This document shows positions 18,394 to 27,507 of a DNA stretch of 64,000 nucleotides, one piece after another. Under the pieces are notes generated by a model, which was not told the origin of the DNA, ran no database searches, and saw nothing but the letters and a program-made list of their open reading frames with translations. The DNA is from a bacterium (GTDB lineage: Bacteria; UBA10199; 2-02-FULL-44-16; DYJF01). The number at the start of each line of letters is the position of its first letter. The stretch's first letter is position 1. A program made the position numbers and the translations under genes. The stretch covers positions 11,592-75,591 of the forward strand of contig JBGSNL010000069.1 in assembly GCA_041739675.1 (NCBI GenBank). The letters are read 5' to 3'.

Positions 18394-18749
18394 ACGGAAT
18401 TCTGCATCATCTCATTGAATGCGCCCGACGCTCCGAAGGAGATTCCAAGGGCAATGATGGCGATGAAGGCTAAAATCGCCAGGACCGTGAGGAGCGTGCC
18501 GACGATCCCCAAAACCAGGCCTATCTTTGCGGAAGACTCGCCCTCTTTGGGAGATTCCCCGGCCTTGATCGCACGGAGCTCCATCGTGCCCAGAATTATT
18601 GCGGGGATGCCGGTCATAAGACCGGTGCATGTGATTGAAAGTATTCCCAAAACCAGCGTTGCCACTGCACGGCTGCTGGCGTTTGTGCCGGATGGGGCCG
18701 CCGGCGGCTTCGCCACCGGTTTTGCCACCGGGATGTCATTTTGCTGCAT
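18390..18749 (-). CDS. small membrane protein (DUF4190-like, two TM helices)
   Basis: Pro/Ala-rich N-terminus followed by two hydrophobic helices; overlaps rsmD start by 4 nt. Confidence 0.45.
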   Translation of the reverse strand: MQQNDIPVAKPVAKPPAAPSGTNASSRAVATLVLGILSITCTGLMTGIPAIILGTMELRAIKAGESPKEGESSAKIGLVLGIVGTLLTVLAILAFIAIIALGISFGASGAFNEMMQNSV

Positions 18750-18834
18750 GGGGGCAATTTAGCCCGTTGTTTTTCCGGTTGCAAGCATATTTGAAGACCT
18801 GATATGAGAACGAACCCAAGGACAAGGAGGTAGT

Positions 18835-19686
18835 ATGAAAAAAGTAATGTTGCTTGCGCTGATTGCGTCGCTTCTGCCGGTTTCCGCGATGGCAAAGAAG
18901 ACGACCTACATTGTGACGAACCACAGGTTCAATTATGTGAAGCTCGTGGAGGTGAAGCAAAAAGAGGCGGACGAGCGCGGGATCACGCAGCCCAAAGAGT
19001 TTACTGAAGCGCAGATCAGGGCCGTGCTGAGCTCGGTCAAGATGTCGCGCCGCCATCTGATGAGCAAGGAAGTGGACACGCAGGAGGCGTTCAACGAATC
19101 GAGCATCAACTTTCTGGCGCCCGCCCTCGTGAAGGCGTTCCGCGAGGCTAAATCGACAGACGAAGTTGTCTTCTCCTTTCTAATGAAAGAGCCTTTTTTC
19201 ATTCTCAGGAACGACCGCTTGAATCTTGGAAGGACATGGATCCACGACAACGAAATGCATATCACGTTCGATAAACTCTACGCGAAGGTCACGGGCGACG
19301 TCGATGCGAGAGGGCACGAGGCCAAGGCGGTCACGAACTCCCGCGGCATAAGGATAGAGCTTGAGCTTCAGCCCGGGCAGACGATGGACGTGAAAAATTC
19401 GGAAGAGCTTGTCGTCGATCTGGGCCACGATTTCGAAGCCGATGTGGCTGTTGCGGACGCGGCCAAAGCGGCTGAACCCCAGAAGGAAAAGAAATCCAAG
19501 AAGAGCAAGAAGGAAGTCGCGAAGGCCGAGGCGGAAGCGGAACAGGCGGCAGCGGCAGCGGTTCCGGCGCAGGGAACACAAGACGTCAAGACGCGGCTTG
19601 AAAATCTCGAGCAGCTGAAAAAAGACAAGTTGATCACGGACAGAGAATACAAAGAAAAGAAAAAGGAAATTTTGAAAGACCTTTGA
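18835..19686 (+). CDS. secreted protein with C-terminal SHOCT domain
   Basis: Signal peptide MKKVMLLALIASLLPVSAMA; Lys/Glu/Ala-rich linker; C-terminal LEQLKKDKLITDREYKEKKKEIL matches SHOCT (short C-terminal) oligomerisation motif. Confidence 0.55.
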   Translation: MKKVMLLALIASLLPVSAMAKKTTYIVTNHRFNYVKLVEVKQKEADERGITQPKEFTEAQIRAVLSSVKMSRRHLMSKEVDTQEAFNESSINFLAPALVKAFREAKSTDEVVFSFLMKEPFFILRNDRLNLGRTWIHDNEMHITFDKLYAKVTGDVDARGHEAKAVTNSRGIRIELELQPGQTMDVKNSEELVVDLGHDFEADVAVADAAKAAEPQKEKKSKKSKKEVAKAEAEAEQAAAAAVPAQGTQDVKTRLENLEQLKKDKLITDREYKEKKKEILKDL

Positions 19687-20417
19687 AAAATGTAAGAATC
19701 GATAAACTTCTGGTGGATAGAGAGCTTGTGCCTTCGCGTGAGAGGGCACAAGCTCTTTTAATGGCAGGTCTGGTCCTGGTGGACGACGTGCCCGTCACAA
19801 AATCCGGAAAACTCGTGCGCGAAGACGCGGCAGTTCGCATCAAGGGCATGGACCATCCCTACGTCAGCCGGGGCGGTGTCAAGCTCGCGCATGCGATTGT
19901 CCATTTTGGCTGCGATATCAGAGGAAAAATATGTCTCGACGTCGGGGCTTCGACCGGCGGTTTCACCGATTGCCTTTTGCAGAACGGCGCGGCCAAAGTT
20001 TATGCGGTCGATGTCGGCTACGGACAGTTGGCAGGGAAAATTGCCGGCGATCCGAGGGTAGTCGTCATCGACCGCCAGAATATCCGTCATCTTGACCCTT
20101 CGCTTATCCCGGAACCGGTGGGCGTCGCGACAATCGACGTTTCCTTCATCGGGCTTGAGCTTGTCCTGCCGGTCGTCTGCGGCTTGCTGAAGGAGGGCGG
20201 AATCGTGATCGCTCTCATCAAACCCCAGTTTGAGGTGGGGCCTGCCCTTGTGGGCAAAGGGGGCATAGTCAAGGATCCCTCGTCTCATAAACTTGCGGTC
20301 GACAAGGTTTGCCGGTGCGCGGAAGAGCTGGGTTTAAGTGTTGCCGGTGTGACGCAATCGCCCATAGAAGGCACAAAGGGAAACAAAGAGTTTCTGGCAT
20401 TGTTTAAAAAAGAGTGA
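19683..20417 (+). CDS. tlyA: TlyA-family rRNA 2'-O-methyltransferase (hemolysin A homologue)
   Basis: N-terminal S4 domain (IDKLLV.R.LV.SRE.A..L...G.V.V), FtsJ-like MTase with LDVGASTGGFTDCLLQNGA.KVYAVDVG. Confidence 0.85.
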   Translation: MKNVRIDKLLVDRELVPSRERAQALLMAGLVLVDDVPVTKSGKLVREDAAVRIKGMDHPYVSRGGVKLAHAIVHFGCDIRGKICLDVGASTGGFTDCLLQNGAAKVYAVDVGYGQLAGKIAGDPRVVVIDRQNIRHLDPSLIPEPVGVATIDVSFIGLELVLPVVCGLLKEGGIVIALIKPQFEVGPALVGKGGIVKDPSSHKLAVDKVCRCAEELGLSVAGVTQSPIEGTKGNKEFLALFKKE

Positions 20418-20420
20418 TAT

Positions 20421-22034
20421 ATGATTCCCTCTGTGAAACCCGTAACTTACATCCTCCTTGCCGCTTTTTTGCTGGGCGGTTGCGCCTCCAAAAAACCCTC
20501 CATAGTTCCAAAAGCGCAGGCCGACAAAAAAGAGAACGCCTATTACCGGTTTCTCGTTTCCGATTACGAGGCGATGAGGGGGGAGACGCAGAAATCGACC
20601 CCCGAGCTTGAGAAACTTGCCGCGCAAAATCCCGATATCGGTTTTTTCTATTATGTGCTCGCTGAAAACTACGCCTCGGAGCGGCGCTTCGACGACGCCG
20701 AGGCGGCTTGCAAGAAGGCCGTTGAAAAGGATCCGTCGCTGATAGACGCGCGCGTTTTTTTGGGAAGGCTCTATCTCATCGAGGGGAAAAACAATGACGC
20801 CGCGCAGATGCTCGATTCCGCCATACGCCAGGCGCCCGACCGCGAGGAGCTCTATGCTCTTCTGGCGCGCGCTTATGTCGCGTCAAACAAGCTTTCAGAG
20901 GCCGTCGCCACGATGCATCGTCTCCTCCGCGTCAGCCCCGATTCGGTGATCGCATATTCATACCTTGGAGCGCTCCACGCGGAGCTTCATCAGGACGCGA
21001 AGGCGCTCCAGATGTACGACAAGGCGCTTGATATAGAACCGGACGACTTGAACGTCCACCGGGCGGTGGCACAGCTCTATCTTGACACCAAACAGTACAA
21101 GAAGGCGCTCGCAAAGCTTGCCGAGATCGAGCAAAAGGCGCCGGACGATCTTGCCGTCAAGCTTCGCATCGCGCTCATCTATTATGAGATGAAAGATTAC
21201 AAGAGCGCCACGGAGAAGTTCGAGGCGATACTCAAAGAGAATCCCGATGCCGACAAGATACGTTACTATCTCGGCATACTCTACGAATCCGTGAAGAACT
21301 TCGCCAGGGCGATCGAGGAGCTGGGGAAGGTTCCGCCGCAGTCGTCGTTTTTCAAAGATGCCACTCTTCACGTCGCGTCGCTTCACAGGATGGAAGGGCG
21401 CGTTGACGAGGCCATCGATTCGCTGAAGCGCGCCATCGCTGCCAAGAACGACATTCCCGAGTTTTACGAATTTTTGGCGGCGCTTCTTGAAGAGCAGAAG
21501 CGTTACGACGAGGTCATCTCCGTTCTGGAGCAGGGCAGGAAGGTAATGCCCAAGAACGAGAAGATGGTTTTCCTTTTGGGCATCATGTACGAGAAGATGC
21601 ATGAACGCGGCAAGGCGCTCGATGCCATGCGCGCAGTTCTGGACATGGATCCGCAGAACGCTTCGGCGCTCAACTACATCGGCTACAGTTATGCGGAATC
21701 CGGCGATCGTCTGGACGACGCCAAGGAGATGGTGGAAAAGGCGCTGGTGCTCAAACCCAACGACGGCTACATCACGGACAGTTTGGGCTGGGTCTATTTC
21801 AAAATGGGCGACCTTGGAAAGTCGCTTGAGTATTTGTCCAAAGCCAACACGCTCGCGCCCAACGAACCCACTATCCTGGGCCATCTGGGCGAGTTGTTTC
21901 TGAAGCGCGGCGACACGAAAAAGGCGCTTGAGTATTTCCAGAGGGCCTATGATATCGGTTCGAAAAGATCCGAGCCCGACGAGGAAGAGCTCGAGAAAAT
22001 CAAAAAGAGAATCGATGAGCTCAAGGGTAAATAA
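20421..22034 (+). CDS. TPR-repeat lipoprotein
   Basis: Lipobox LLGGCAS; >10 TPR-like 34-aa repeats (A..Y..A....P........LG..Y). Confidence 0.75.
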   Translation: MIPSVKPVTYILLAAFLLGGCASKKPSIVPKAQADKKENAYYRFLVSDYEAMRGETQKSTPELEKLAAQNPDIGFFYYVLAENYASERRFDDAEAACKKAVEKDPSLIDARVFLGRLYLIEGKNNDAAQMLDSAIRQAPDREELYALLARAYVASNKLSEAVATMHRLLRVSPDSVIAYSYLGALHAELHQDAKALQMYDKALDIEPDDLNVHRAVAQLYLDTKQYKKALAKLAEIEQKAPDDLAVKLRIALIYYEMKDYKSATEKFEAILKENPDADKIRYYLGILYESVKNFARAIEELGKVPPQSSFFKDATLHVASLHRMEGRVDEAIDSLKRAIAAKNDIPEFYEFLAALLEEQKRYDEVISVLEQGRKVMPKNEKMVFLLGIMYEKMHERGKALDAMRAVLDMDPQNASALNYIGYSYAESGDRLDDAKEMVEKALVLKPNDGYITDSLGWVYFKMGDLGKSLEYLSKANTLAPNEPTILGHLGELFLKRGDTKKALEYFQRAYDIGSKRSEPDEEELEKIKKRIDELKGK

Positions 22035-22039
22035 GTCAC

Positions 22040-22195
22040 ACAATGAAATCCGAAATCCTAATATCGAAATCCGAAACAAATTCTAATTACCAAAATTCAA
22101 AATTCAAAACGTTTTGGTCATTTGGATTTCGAATTTTGAATTTGTTTAGAATTTCGAATTTCGTATTTCGAGTTTTTCTGTTTTGGTTTTCCCTT
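22040..22195. repeat. palindromic MITE-like GAAAT-unit element (copy 2)
   Basis: AAATCCGAAATCCTAATATCGAAATCCGAAACAAA...CCAAAA // TTTTGGTCATTTGGATTTCGAATTTTGAATTTGTTTAGAATTTCGAATTTCGTATTTCGA; arms inverted-complementary and homologous to copy at 17165-17340. Confidence 0.6.
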
Positions 22196-22954
22196 TCCCT
22201 TCCCTTTTTGGTTTCCTGCCAGAAGGCGCCGCCGCGCATTGCGGTCGTTGGTGGCGAGAGAAACGCGCAGGCGATCATGGTCGAGCGCAGCCTCAAGGAG
22301 GCGGACGCGCGCGTGAAAACCCTCAAGGGTTTTGCCGATGCCGTGCTTGTGAACAAGGACGAGGAAAGGCGGACCGATCTTGCTCTCGTCGTTTCCCGCC
22401 CGAACCGCATTCGCGCCGATGCCGTGGACACGCTTGCCGACGTCTGGGCGGCCGCCGGCTCGGACGGCAAGAGGCTCTGGCTGTGGCTCCCCCACAAGGG
22501 CAAGCTCTACCGCGGCGCCGCCACGCCCCACAATCTCAAGAAACTCGCCGAGTTCGACTGGGAACTCCCGGAGCTTATCGCGATAATCTCCGGCGTCGTT
22601 CCATACGCCCGCAATGCGGAGCTTGTTGAAAGCGGAAGCGGCGGCAAGGTGCACTACAGTTTCAAGGACCAGCCCATGCATCTGTGGGTCGACGCAAAGA
22701 CAAAAAATCCTGTGAGGCTCGTGAGGTACAAACCCCCTGAAGATACGGTTCAATATGAAGTGAATTTCCGGAACTACCGGAGCGCGGGCGAGGGCCTGTT
22801 TCCCTACGATATCGACGTGACGTTTCCGGAGCGCGACTGCGCGTTTTACCTTCATTACAGAGAGGTGGACATGAACGCCTCCGTCGATTCCTCGATCTTC
22901 AAACCGGAAACGGTGTGGAAAACGCAGACCGAGGAGATCGACAAAAAAGATTAG
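22043..22954 (+). CDS. hypothetical lipoprotein (start codon uncertain; 5' end of ORF lies in the palindromic repeat)
   Basis: Lipobox ..LPFLVSCQKAPP near 22200; 3' end abuts kinase gene (22954/22956); no ATG with RBS near the signal peptide, so a non-ATG start around 22150-22200 is likely. Confidence 0.45.
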   Translation: MKSEILISKSETNSNYQNSKFKTFWSFGFRILNLFRISNFVFRVFLFWFSLSLPFLVSCQKAPPRIAVVGGERNAQAIMVERSLKEADARVKTLKGFADAVLVNKDEERRTDLALVVSRPNRIRADAVDTLADVWAAAGSDGKRLWLWLPHKGKLYRGAATPHNLKKLAEFDWELPELIAIISGVVPYARNAELVESGSGGKVHYSFKDQPMHLWVDAKTKNPVRLVRYKPPEDTVQYEVNFRNYRSAGEGLFPYDIDVTFPERDCAFYLHYREVDMNASVDSSIFKPETVWKTQTEEIDKKD

Positions 22955-22955
22955 C

Positions 22956-25900
22956 ATGATTCCAGAGGCCGGCACAAAAATCGGCGGCAGATACGTTCTT
23001 CGTGAGAAGATATCCGAGGGCGGGGGCGGAATCGTCTGGAAGGCGGAAAATGAAGCGGAGATGGAGAAGGAGAAAACTTATGTAGCTCTCAAGGTTCTGA
23101 AGCTCTCGCCGTTCAAGGCCAAAGAACCGGTTGCCGACCGTTTCAAGCGCGAGTTCGAGCTCTTCAAAAAAGTATCACACCCCAACATTGCAAGGATACA
23201 CGATTTCGGTTTCGACCAGGATCTGGACGTTTATTATTTCACGTCCGAAATTCTTCCCGGCGGAGATTTGAGAAAAATGATCGGCGCTCCGGTTCCGGCG
23301 ATCGAAAGGCTACTACTCCAATCCCTGCGCGCGCTGGAGTATCTTCGCAATTTCGGCATTCTTCATCTGGACATCAAGCCGCAGAATCTTTTGCTGCGCG
23401 GCTCTCCGTCATCCGGGGATTTTGCGGACCTTGCCCTCATCGACTTCGGTCTTGCGGGTTTCAATCCGCCCGAACGCCCCGGCGGCACCCCCAATTACAT
23501 GCCCCCGGAGGTAGTGCTGAAAAGATTTGCGGCCATCGAGGAGATGGAGGGCAAAAAAAAGTCCCCCGGGGTTTCACTCCCCATCGATCACAGAAGCGAT
23601 CTCTATTCTCTGGGTGTGGCGTTCTATTATGTGCTCTCGGGCATTCAGCCCTTCGCTATCACCAAGCCCGACGGCCGCCTGGACACCGACGCAACGATGC
23701 AGCGCCACCTAAGCGACGATCGCCCTGCGCCCCCGTCGCAGCACAATTCGCAAGTTCCGAAATATCTTGACGATATCATCATGCGCATGATGGCGAAAAA
23801 CCCCAACGACCGCTATCAGTCTGCGATGCTCGCCGCGCAGGCGCTGTGCTTCAGATCGCCCAACCGCCTTGAGCCGGAAAGCAAAGAGACGATAAGCGCA
23901 TATATCCCTGAAGAGGGGATGTTGATCGGAAGGCATGAAGAGAGAAAAATTCTTGAGAACATGATTCACGAGACGGCAAAGGGCCTGAACCAGTCCCTCC
24001 CGGTCGTGTGCATCGTCGGCGCGTGGGGAACCGGGAAGACTAGACTTCTTCAGTCTTTGAAACCCTTTGCGCAGCAGCAGGAGATGGAGGTCGTCACCGA
24101 TCTCAAAAATCAGAACCTTGATCTCAAGCGCGCGACGGCATTTCTCATAGACGATCCCTTTTTGCCGCAGGCCTCGATCGACATAGCCAGCGTTCCCGAC
24201 ATTTATGCGTTGAGGCATCTGGTGCGTTACATCCTTCAGATGCCCAAGGCGCGCTACTTTCTTGCCGTGGCCCTCAACCCGGATCTGATGCCTCTGGAGG
24301 ACATGCTCCGCCAGATGGAGTTAAATCCGTCGCTCTGCACGATCGTGAACCTCAAAAACTTCACGGTGGACGAGCTCACGGAATATCTCGATCATCTTTT
24401 GGGCGAAAAGCCGTCGGAAAGGATCGTCCAGGAGCTTCATCAGGCGACATTCGGAAATCCCAGATTCATCGTGGATTTTTTCAAGCGCATGATGAAAAGG
24501 GGCGAGTTCTTTTCTTATTTTGCGGGAAGACCGGGCGTCGACACTCTAGAGTCCTTAAGTTTTTCGTTCTCGCATGCGGCGTCGCCGCCTTCGCTGTCGG
24601 AGCATCTTCTGGAACTCGTACGCGAGCTCCCGCGCGGCGCGAAAACGTTATGCCGGCGGCTGGCCTGCTGGCAAAGGCCCGCCACCATCGGCGAATTATT
24701 TTTGAATGTGCCCTCTCCCCTTGCGGGAGAGGGTGGGGGTGAGGGGGACCTTGCCTCGCTTCTCTCCTCCGGCCTTGTGAGAAGGAGCGAAGAGAACGGG
24801 CGCGTGAGTTTCGTAAATCCGCTCGCTTCAAAGATCATCGAAGCGGGCCTGGATCCCAAAGAGCGCGCCGCCATACACGATTCGATAGTGAGATATCTGA
24901 AGAAAATCACGCCCCTCTCCACCTTCGAAATCGATCGCCACATCGCCTTCGGCTCCGACCCCGTTCTCCAGAAAGATGCGGTCCGGCGTTTTGCCGTGGA
25001 GGCGCTCAAGAAGTTGCACCCGGCGGAGACCTCCGAGCTTCTGCAGGCCGTGTTCAATCAGGTGCCGCCCGAAGAGTGGGATATCCGCATGGAAATTCTG
25101 GTGCGCGAGGGCCAGGCGCTTGCCCGCCTAGGAAGATGGGACGACGCAAAATCGGTATTCGAACGGTTGCGCACGCTTTCAAAAGAAGAGGATGCGGCAT
25201 TCAAACTGGACTTGCGCGCGAACGAGCAGCTGGGTCTTTTGTCGCTTCGAAGAAGAGAGGTCGCCGAAGCGAGGAGTATTTTCAGTGCCGCGATCGGCGA
25301 AATAAAGAAAAAGAGTCTGGAAAATAATCCCGAGTATGCGGTCCAAACGGTCCGCCTTGAAAACTATCTTGCGGGCGTGGACCTGCGCGACGGCCATTAC
25401 GAAGAGGCGGCCGGGGCCTACAAGCGCACAAGGGAGCTTGCCTCTAAGCTTCCTCTTGAACTTCAAGAGCAGATCACGAACAACGAATTGGGAGAGACGT
25501 ACATCTTTCTTGGAAAAGGCGCCGAGGCGCTTGAGATTTTGTCGGCCGAGCTCAAAAATGCGGAGAAGGCAGACCAGTGGGAAAGGATCGTGAACCGCCT
25601 TCGTCTTCTGGGCGACGCCTGCCGGCGCCTTGACGACCTGCCTGCCGCGATCGGCCATTATCAGAAGGCGCTAGATCTTTCGCAGAAGTATCATCTCTTC
25701 GAGCATCAGCTCCGGATCAGAAACAGTTACGCGAATCTGCTTTTGCATATGCGAAAATGGCCCGAGGCTATCGAGCAGTATAAGCCCGCGCTCAATCTCG
25801 CGATGCAGCTTGAAGGGAAGGCGACCTGCGTGGACATCATGGCCAACATCGGCTTCACCTACAACCGCATCGGCCACTACGACGACGCCATTGAATATCT

Positions 25901-26240
25901 TGAGCTGGCGCTCGATTTCGCAAAGGGCCCTGAGGCGGAGAGCTCGGCGCAGGTGAGGCAATCGATGCCGCACATACACGTGGCGCTTGGTAACGCGCAC
26001 TATGAAAGAAAAGAGTACGACGAGGCGGAAAGGCACCTGAAAATAGCGCTGGAGGTGGACGAAAAAAATCCGCTGAGCGTCGTTGCGCGCTACAATTTGC
26101 ACGGCACGCTTGCGGAAATTGATATCGCAAGGGGCGATCTTGCAAAGGCGCGGAAGCGGTTGCCCATCCTTGAAAAACTCGCCGTCGATTTCCCCGAAGC
26201 TGCAAAACATCTGAAGGGCCTCAGAGAAAAAATCAAGTGA
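22956..26240 (+). CDS. Ser/Thr protein kinase fused to STAND-type P-loop NTPase and TPR array
   Basis: Kinase subdomains: VALKVLK (VAIK), HPNIARIHDFG, HLDIKPQNLLL (HRD-like, non-RD), DFGLAG (DFG), NYMPPE (APE); then P-loop IVGAWGTGKTRLL and Walker-B-like LIDDP; C-terminal ~400 aa of TPR-like repeats. Confidence 0.8.
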   Translation: MIPEAGTKIGGRYVLREKISEGGGGIVWKAENEAEMEKEKTYVALKVLKLSPFKAKEPVADRFKREFELFKKVSHPNIARIHDFGFDQDLDVYYFTSEILPGGDLRKMIGAPVPAIERLLLQSLRALEYLRNFGILHLDIKPQNLLLRGSPSSGDFADLALIDFGLAGFNPPERPGGTPNYMPPEVVLKRFAAIEEMEGKKKSPGVSLPIDHRSDLYSLGVAFYYVLSGIQPFAITKPDGRLDTDATMQRHLSDDRPAPPSQHNSQVPKYLDDIIMRMMAKNPNDRYQSAMLAAQALCFRSPNRLEPESKETISAYIPEEGMLIGRHEERKILENMIHETAKGLNQSLPVVCIVGAWGTGKTRLLQSLKPFAQQQEMEVVTDLKNQNLDLKRATAFLIDDPFLPQASIDIASVPDIYALRHLVRYILQMPKARYFLAVALNPDLMPLEDMLRQMELNPSLCTIVNLKNFTVDELTEYLDHLLGEKPSERIVQELHQATFGNPRFIVDFFKRMMKRGEFFSYFAGRPGVDTLESLSFSFSHAASPPSLSEHLLELVRELPRGAKTLCRRLACWQRPATIGELFLNVPSPLAGEGGGEGDLASLLSSGLVRRSEENGRVSFVNPLASKIIEAGLDPKERAAIHDSIVRYLKKITPLSTFEIDRHIAFGSDPVLQKDAVRRFAVEALKKLHPAETSELLQAVFNQVPPEEWDIRMEILVREGQALARLGRWDDAKSVFERLRTLSKEEDAAFKLDLRANEQLGLLSLRRREVAEARSIFSAAIGEIKKKSLENNPEYAVQTVRLENYLAGVDLRDGHYEEAAGAYKRTRELASKLPLELQEQITNNELGETYIFLGKGAEALEILSAELKNAEKADQWERIVNRLRLLGDACRRLDDLPAAIGHYQKALDLSQKYHLFEHQLRIRNSYANLLLHMRKWPEAIEQYKPALNLAMQLEGKATCVDIMANIGFTYNRIGHYDDAIEYLELALDFAKGPEAESSAQVRQSMPHIHVALGNAHYERKEYDEAERHLKIALEVDEKNPLSVVARYNLHGTLAEIDIARGDLAKARKRLPILEKLAVDFPEAAKHLKGLREKIK

Positions 26241-26392
26241 CGCCTATCTTATTCTTCCTTTGAATCCTGCGAAGTGGTATAAGAAAGAAAAGGCAGGGTA
26301 TTCTTATGCGGAGTTTATCCTGTGGAGTCCAAATACGGACCGTCGCATCGTGAATGATGCGCGCGTCCGTTTTTTTCTTAAAAGGAGAAAAT

Positions 26393-27421
26393 ATGATTTC
26401 AGCAGGCGAGCAGGAGATGAGGATATTGAGCGTGTCGGATGCCATCCACGAATTTCGAGGTGTCGTCTCGCGATATTGCGGCTCCGATCATGCTTCGGAA
26501 GAAGTGTGTCAGACTTGGTGCCGAAGACGCATTGACAATATATGTTTCACAGATGAACCGCTCCCCGCGGTTGAGAGTTGCAGCTTATATCCGCAGGGTA
26601 TTGTCAGCCTCTTCGGCGACGCGGATCATCTGGGTCAGTGGGGGTACGCTCCTGCCCAGGCATGCGCTGTCGTAGATGCATTGAAGGTCGGCGCCGGCTC
26701 TTTTCCTCAGCCGGAAAACCCGATTTCAAGGTTACGGATTCCCGTGACCATAATTGATCACGCTTCTGAACAACAGCCTGCGCCGCCGATTTCAGTCGAC
26801 GACCCTTCGGGTTGGTGGTTCAAGGCCGGTTTCCCAGGTGCCGACATGCTCTCGATAGACACATCCGTTGAGATTGGCCAGAATGGAACTTCATTAGGGA
26901 CATCGGAGTTTGACTGTCGCCTTGGGCTTTTCCGAATCGGCATGTCCTATTATTTCGATTTCGGCCTGTTCATGTCGGCAAATGTCGAGGCGTTCGGCTG
27001 GATGGAGACGCACAATATTGTGTATGGCCGCGATCGATACGGAGCGTATTTGAGAAAAGGCGACAATATGTTCGAAATAGATACCGTCCTTGAAGCCGGT
27101 TACTTCATCCCGGTCATGCAGCGTGCCGGGATAGAGTTTTTCGGCGGTGCGAAGCTGGGTTATCGCGAGGGCGATTTGATGCTCAATGCGGTTGCCGCCG
27201 ATCCGGTCACCTTCCAGAGTTTCTATTCCGCGGCGGGCGGCGGCATAGAGTGGATGATGTGGGGCACGGAAGGGCTTGGGTTTCAGTTCGGCGTGGAATA
27301 TTGGCGGGCGCTGACAAGCGACGGTATTACGGCGGACAGATCCGGTTCGGAAGTCCAAGTGACGGTGCCGCCCGATGAATTAGCCGTCACCATAGGGCTG
27401 GTGGGCCACCTGCCTATCTGA
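26393..27421 (+). CDS. hypothetical protein, possibly outer-membrane beta-barrel
   Basis: ATG 26393 preceded by AAAGGAGAAAAT and located just after a hairpin+T7 terminator of the kinase gene; C-terminal two-thirds has alternating hydrophobic/polar beta-strand pattern rich in G/Y/F. Confidence 0.4.
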   Translation: MISAGEQEMRILSVSDAIHEFRGVVSRYCGSDHASEEVCQTWCRRRIDNICFTDEPLPAVESCSLYPQGIVSLFGDADHLGQWGYAPAQACAVVDALKVGAGSFPQPENPISRLRIPVTIIDHASEQQPAPPISVDDPSGWWFKAGFPGADMLSIDTSVEIGQNGTSLGTSEFDCRLGLFRIGMSYYFDFGLFMSANVEAFGWMETHNIVYGRDRYGAYLRKGDNMFEIDTVLEAGYFIPVMQRAGIEFFGGAKLGYREGDLMLNAVAADPVTFQSFYSAAGGGIEWMMWGTEGLGFQFGVEYWRALTSDGITADRSGSEVQVTVPPDELAVTIGLVGHLPI

Positions 27422-27435
27422 TTTGCGCAAGACTA

Positions 27436-27468
27436 AAAAAACCCCCTCCGTGGGAAGGGGAGGGGGGA
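27436..27468 (-). terminator. intrinsic terminator of the minus-strand beta-helix gene
   Basis: On minus-strand RNA: CCCCCCUCCCC-uucccac-GGAGGGGG followed by UUUUUUU. Confidence 0.6.
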
Positions 27469-27478
27469 AGGGACGTTT

Positions 27479-27505
27479 GTCATTCTGAACGAAGTGAAGA
27501 ATCCC
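27479..27505. repeat. 27-nt box motif GTCATTCTGAACGAAGTGAAGAATCCC (solo arm; second copy of the opp intercistronic hairpin arm)
   Basis: 25/27 identical to 53729-53755 (GTCATTCTGAGCGAAGCGAAGAATCCC). Confidence 0.45.
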
Positions 27506-27507
27506 GG

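Noticed and set aside
20958-22079. 373-aa minus-strand ORF
   Set aside because: It is fully antisense to the TPR lipoprotein gene, and its 5' part lies inside the palindromic repeat. It has no start context and is a low-complexity Leu/Arg-rich translation.
22118-22975. 285-aa minus-strand ORF
   Set aside because: It is antisense to the lipoprotein gene that is 3'-adjacent to the kinase. It has no motifs.
23552-23572. A8-C5-G4 homopolymer cluster inside the kinase gene as a phase-variation site
   Set aside because: The tracts are short (8 or fewer) and lie in-frame in a conserved kinase subdomain region. This is more likely a coding constraint than a contingency locus.
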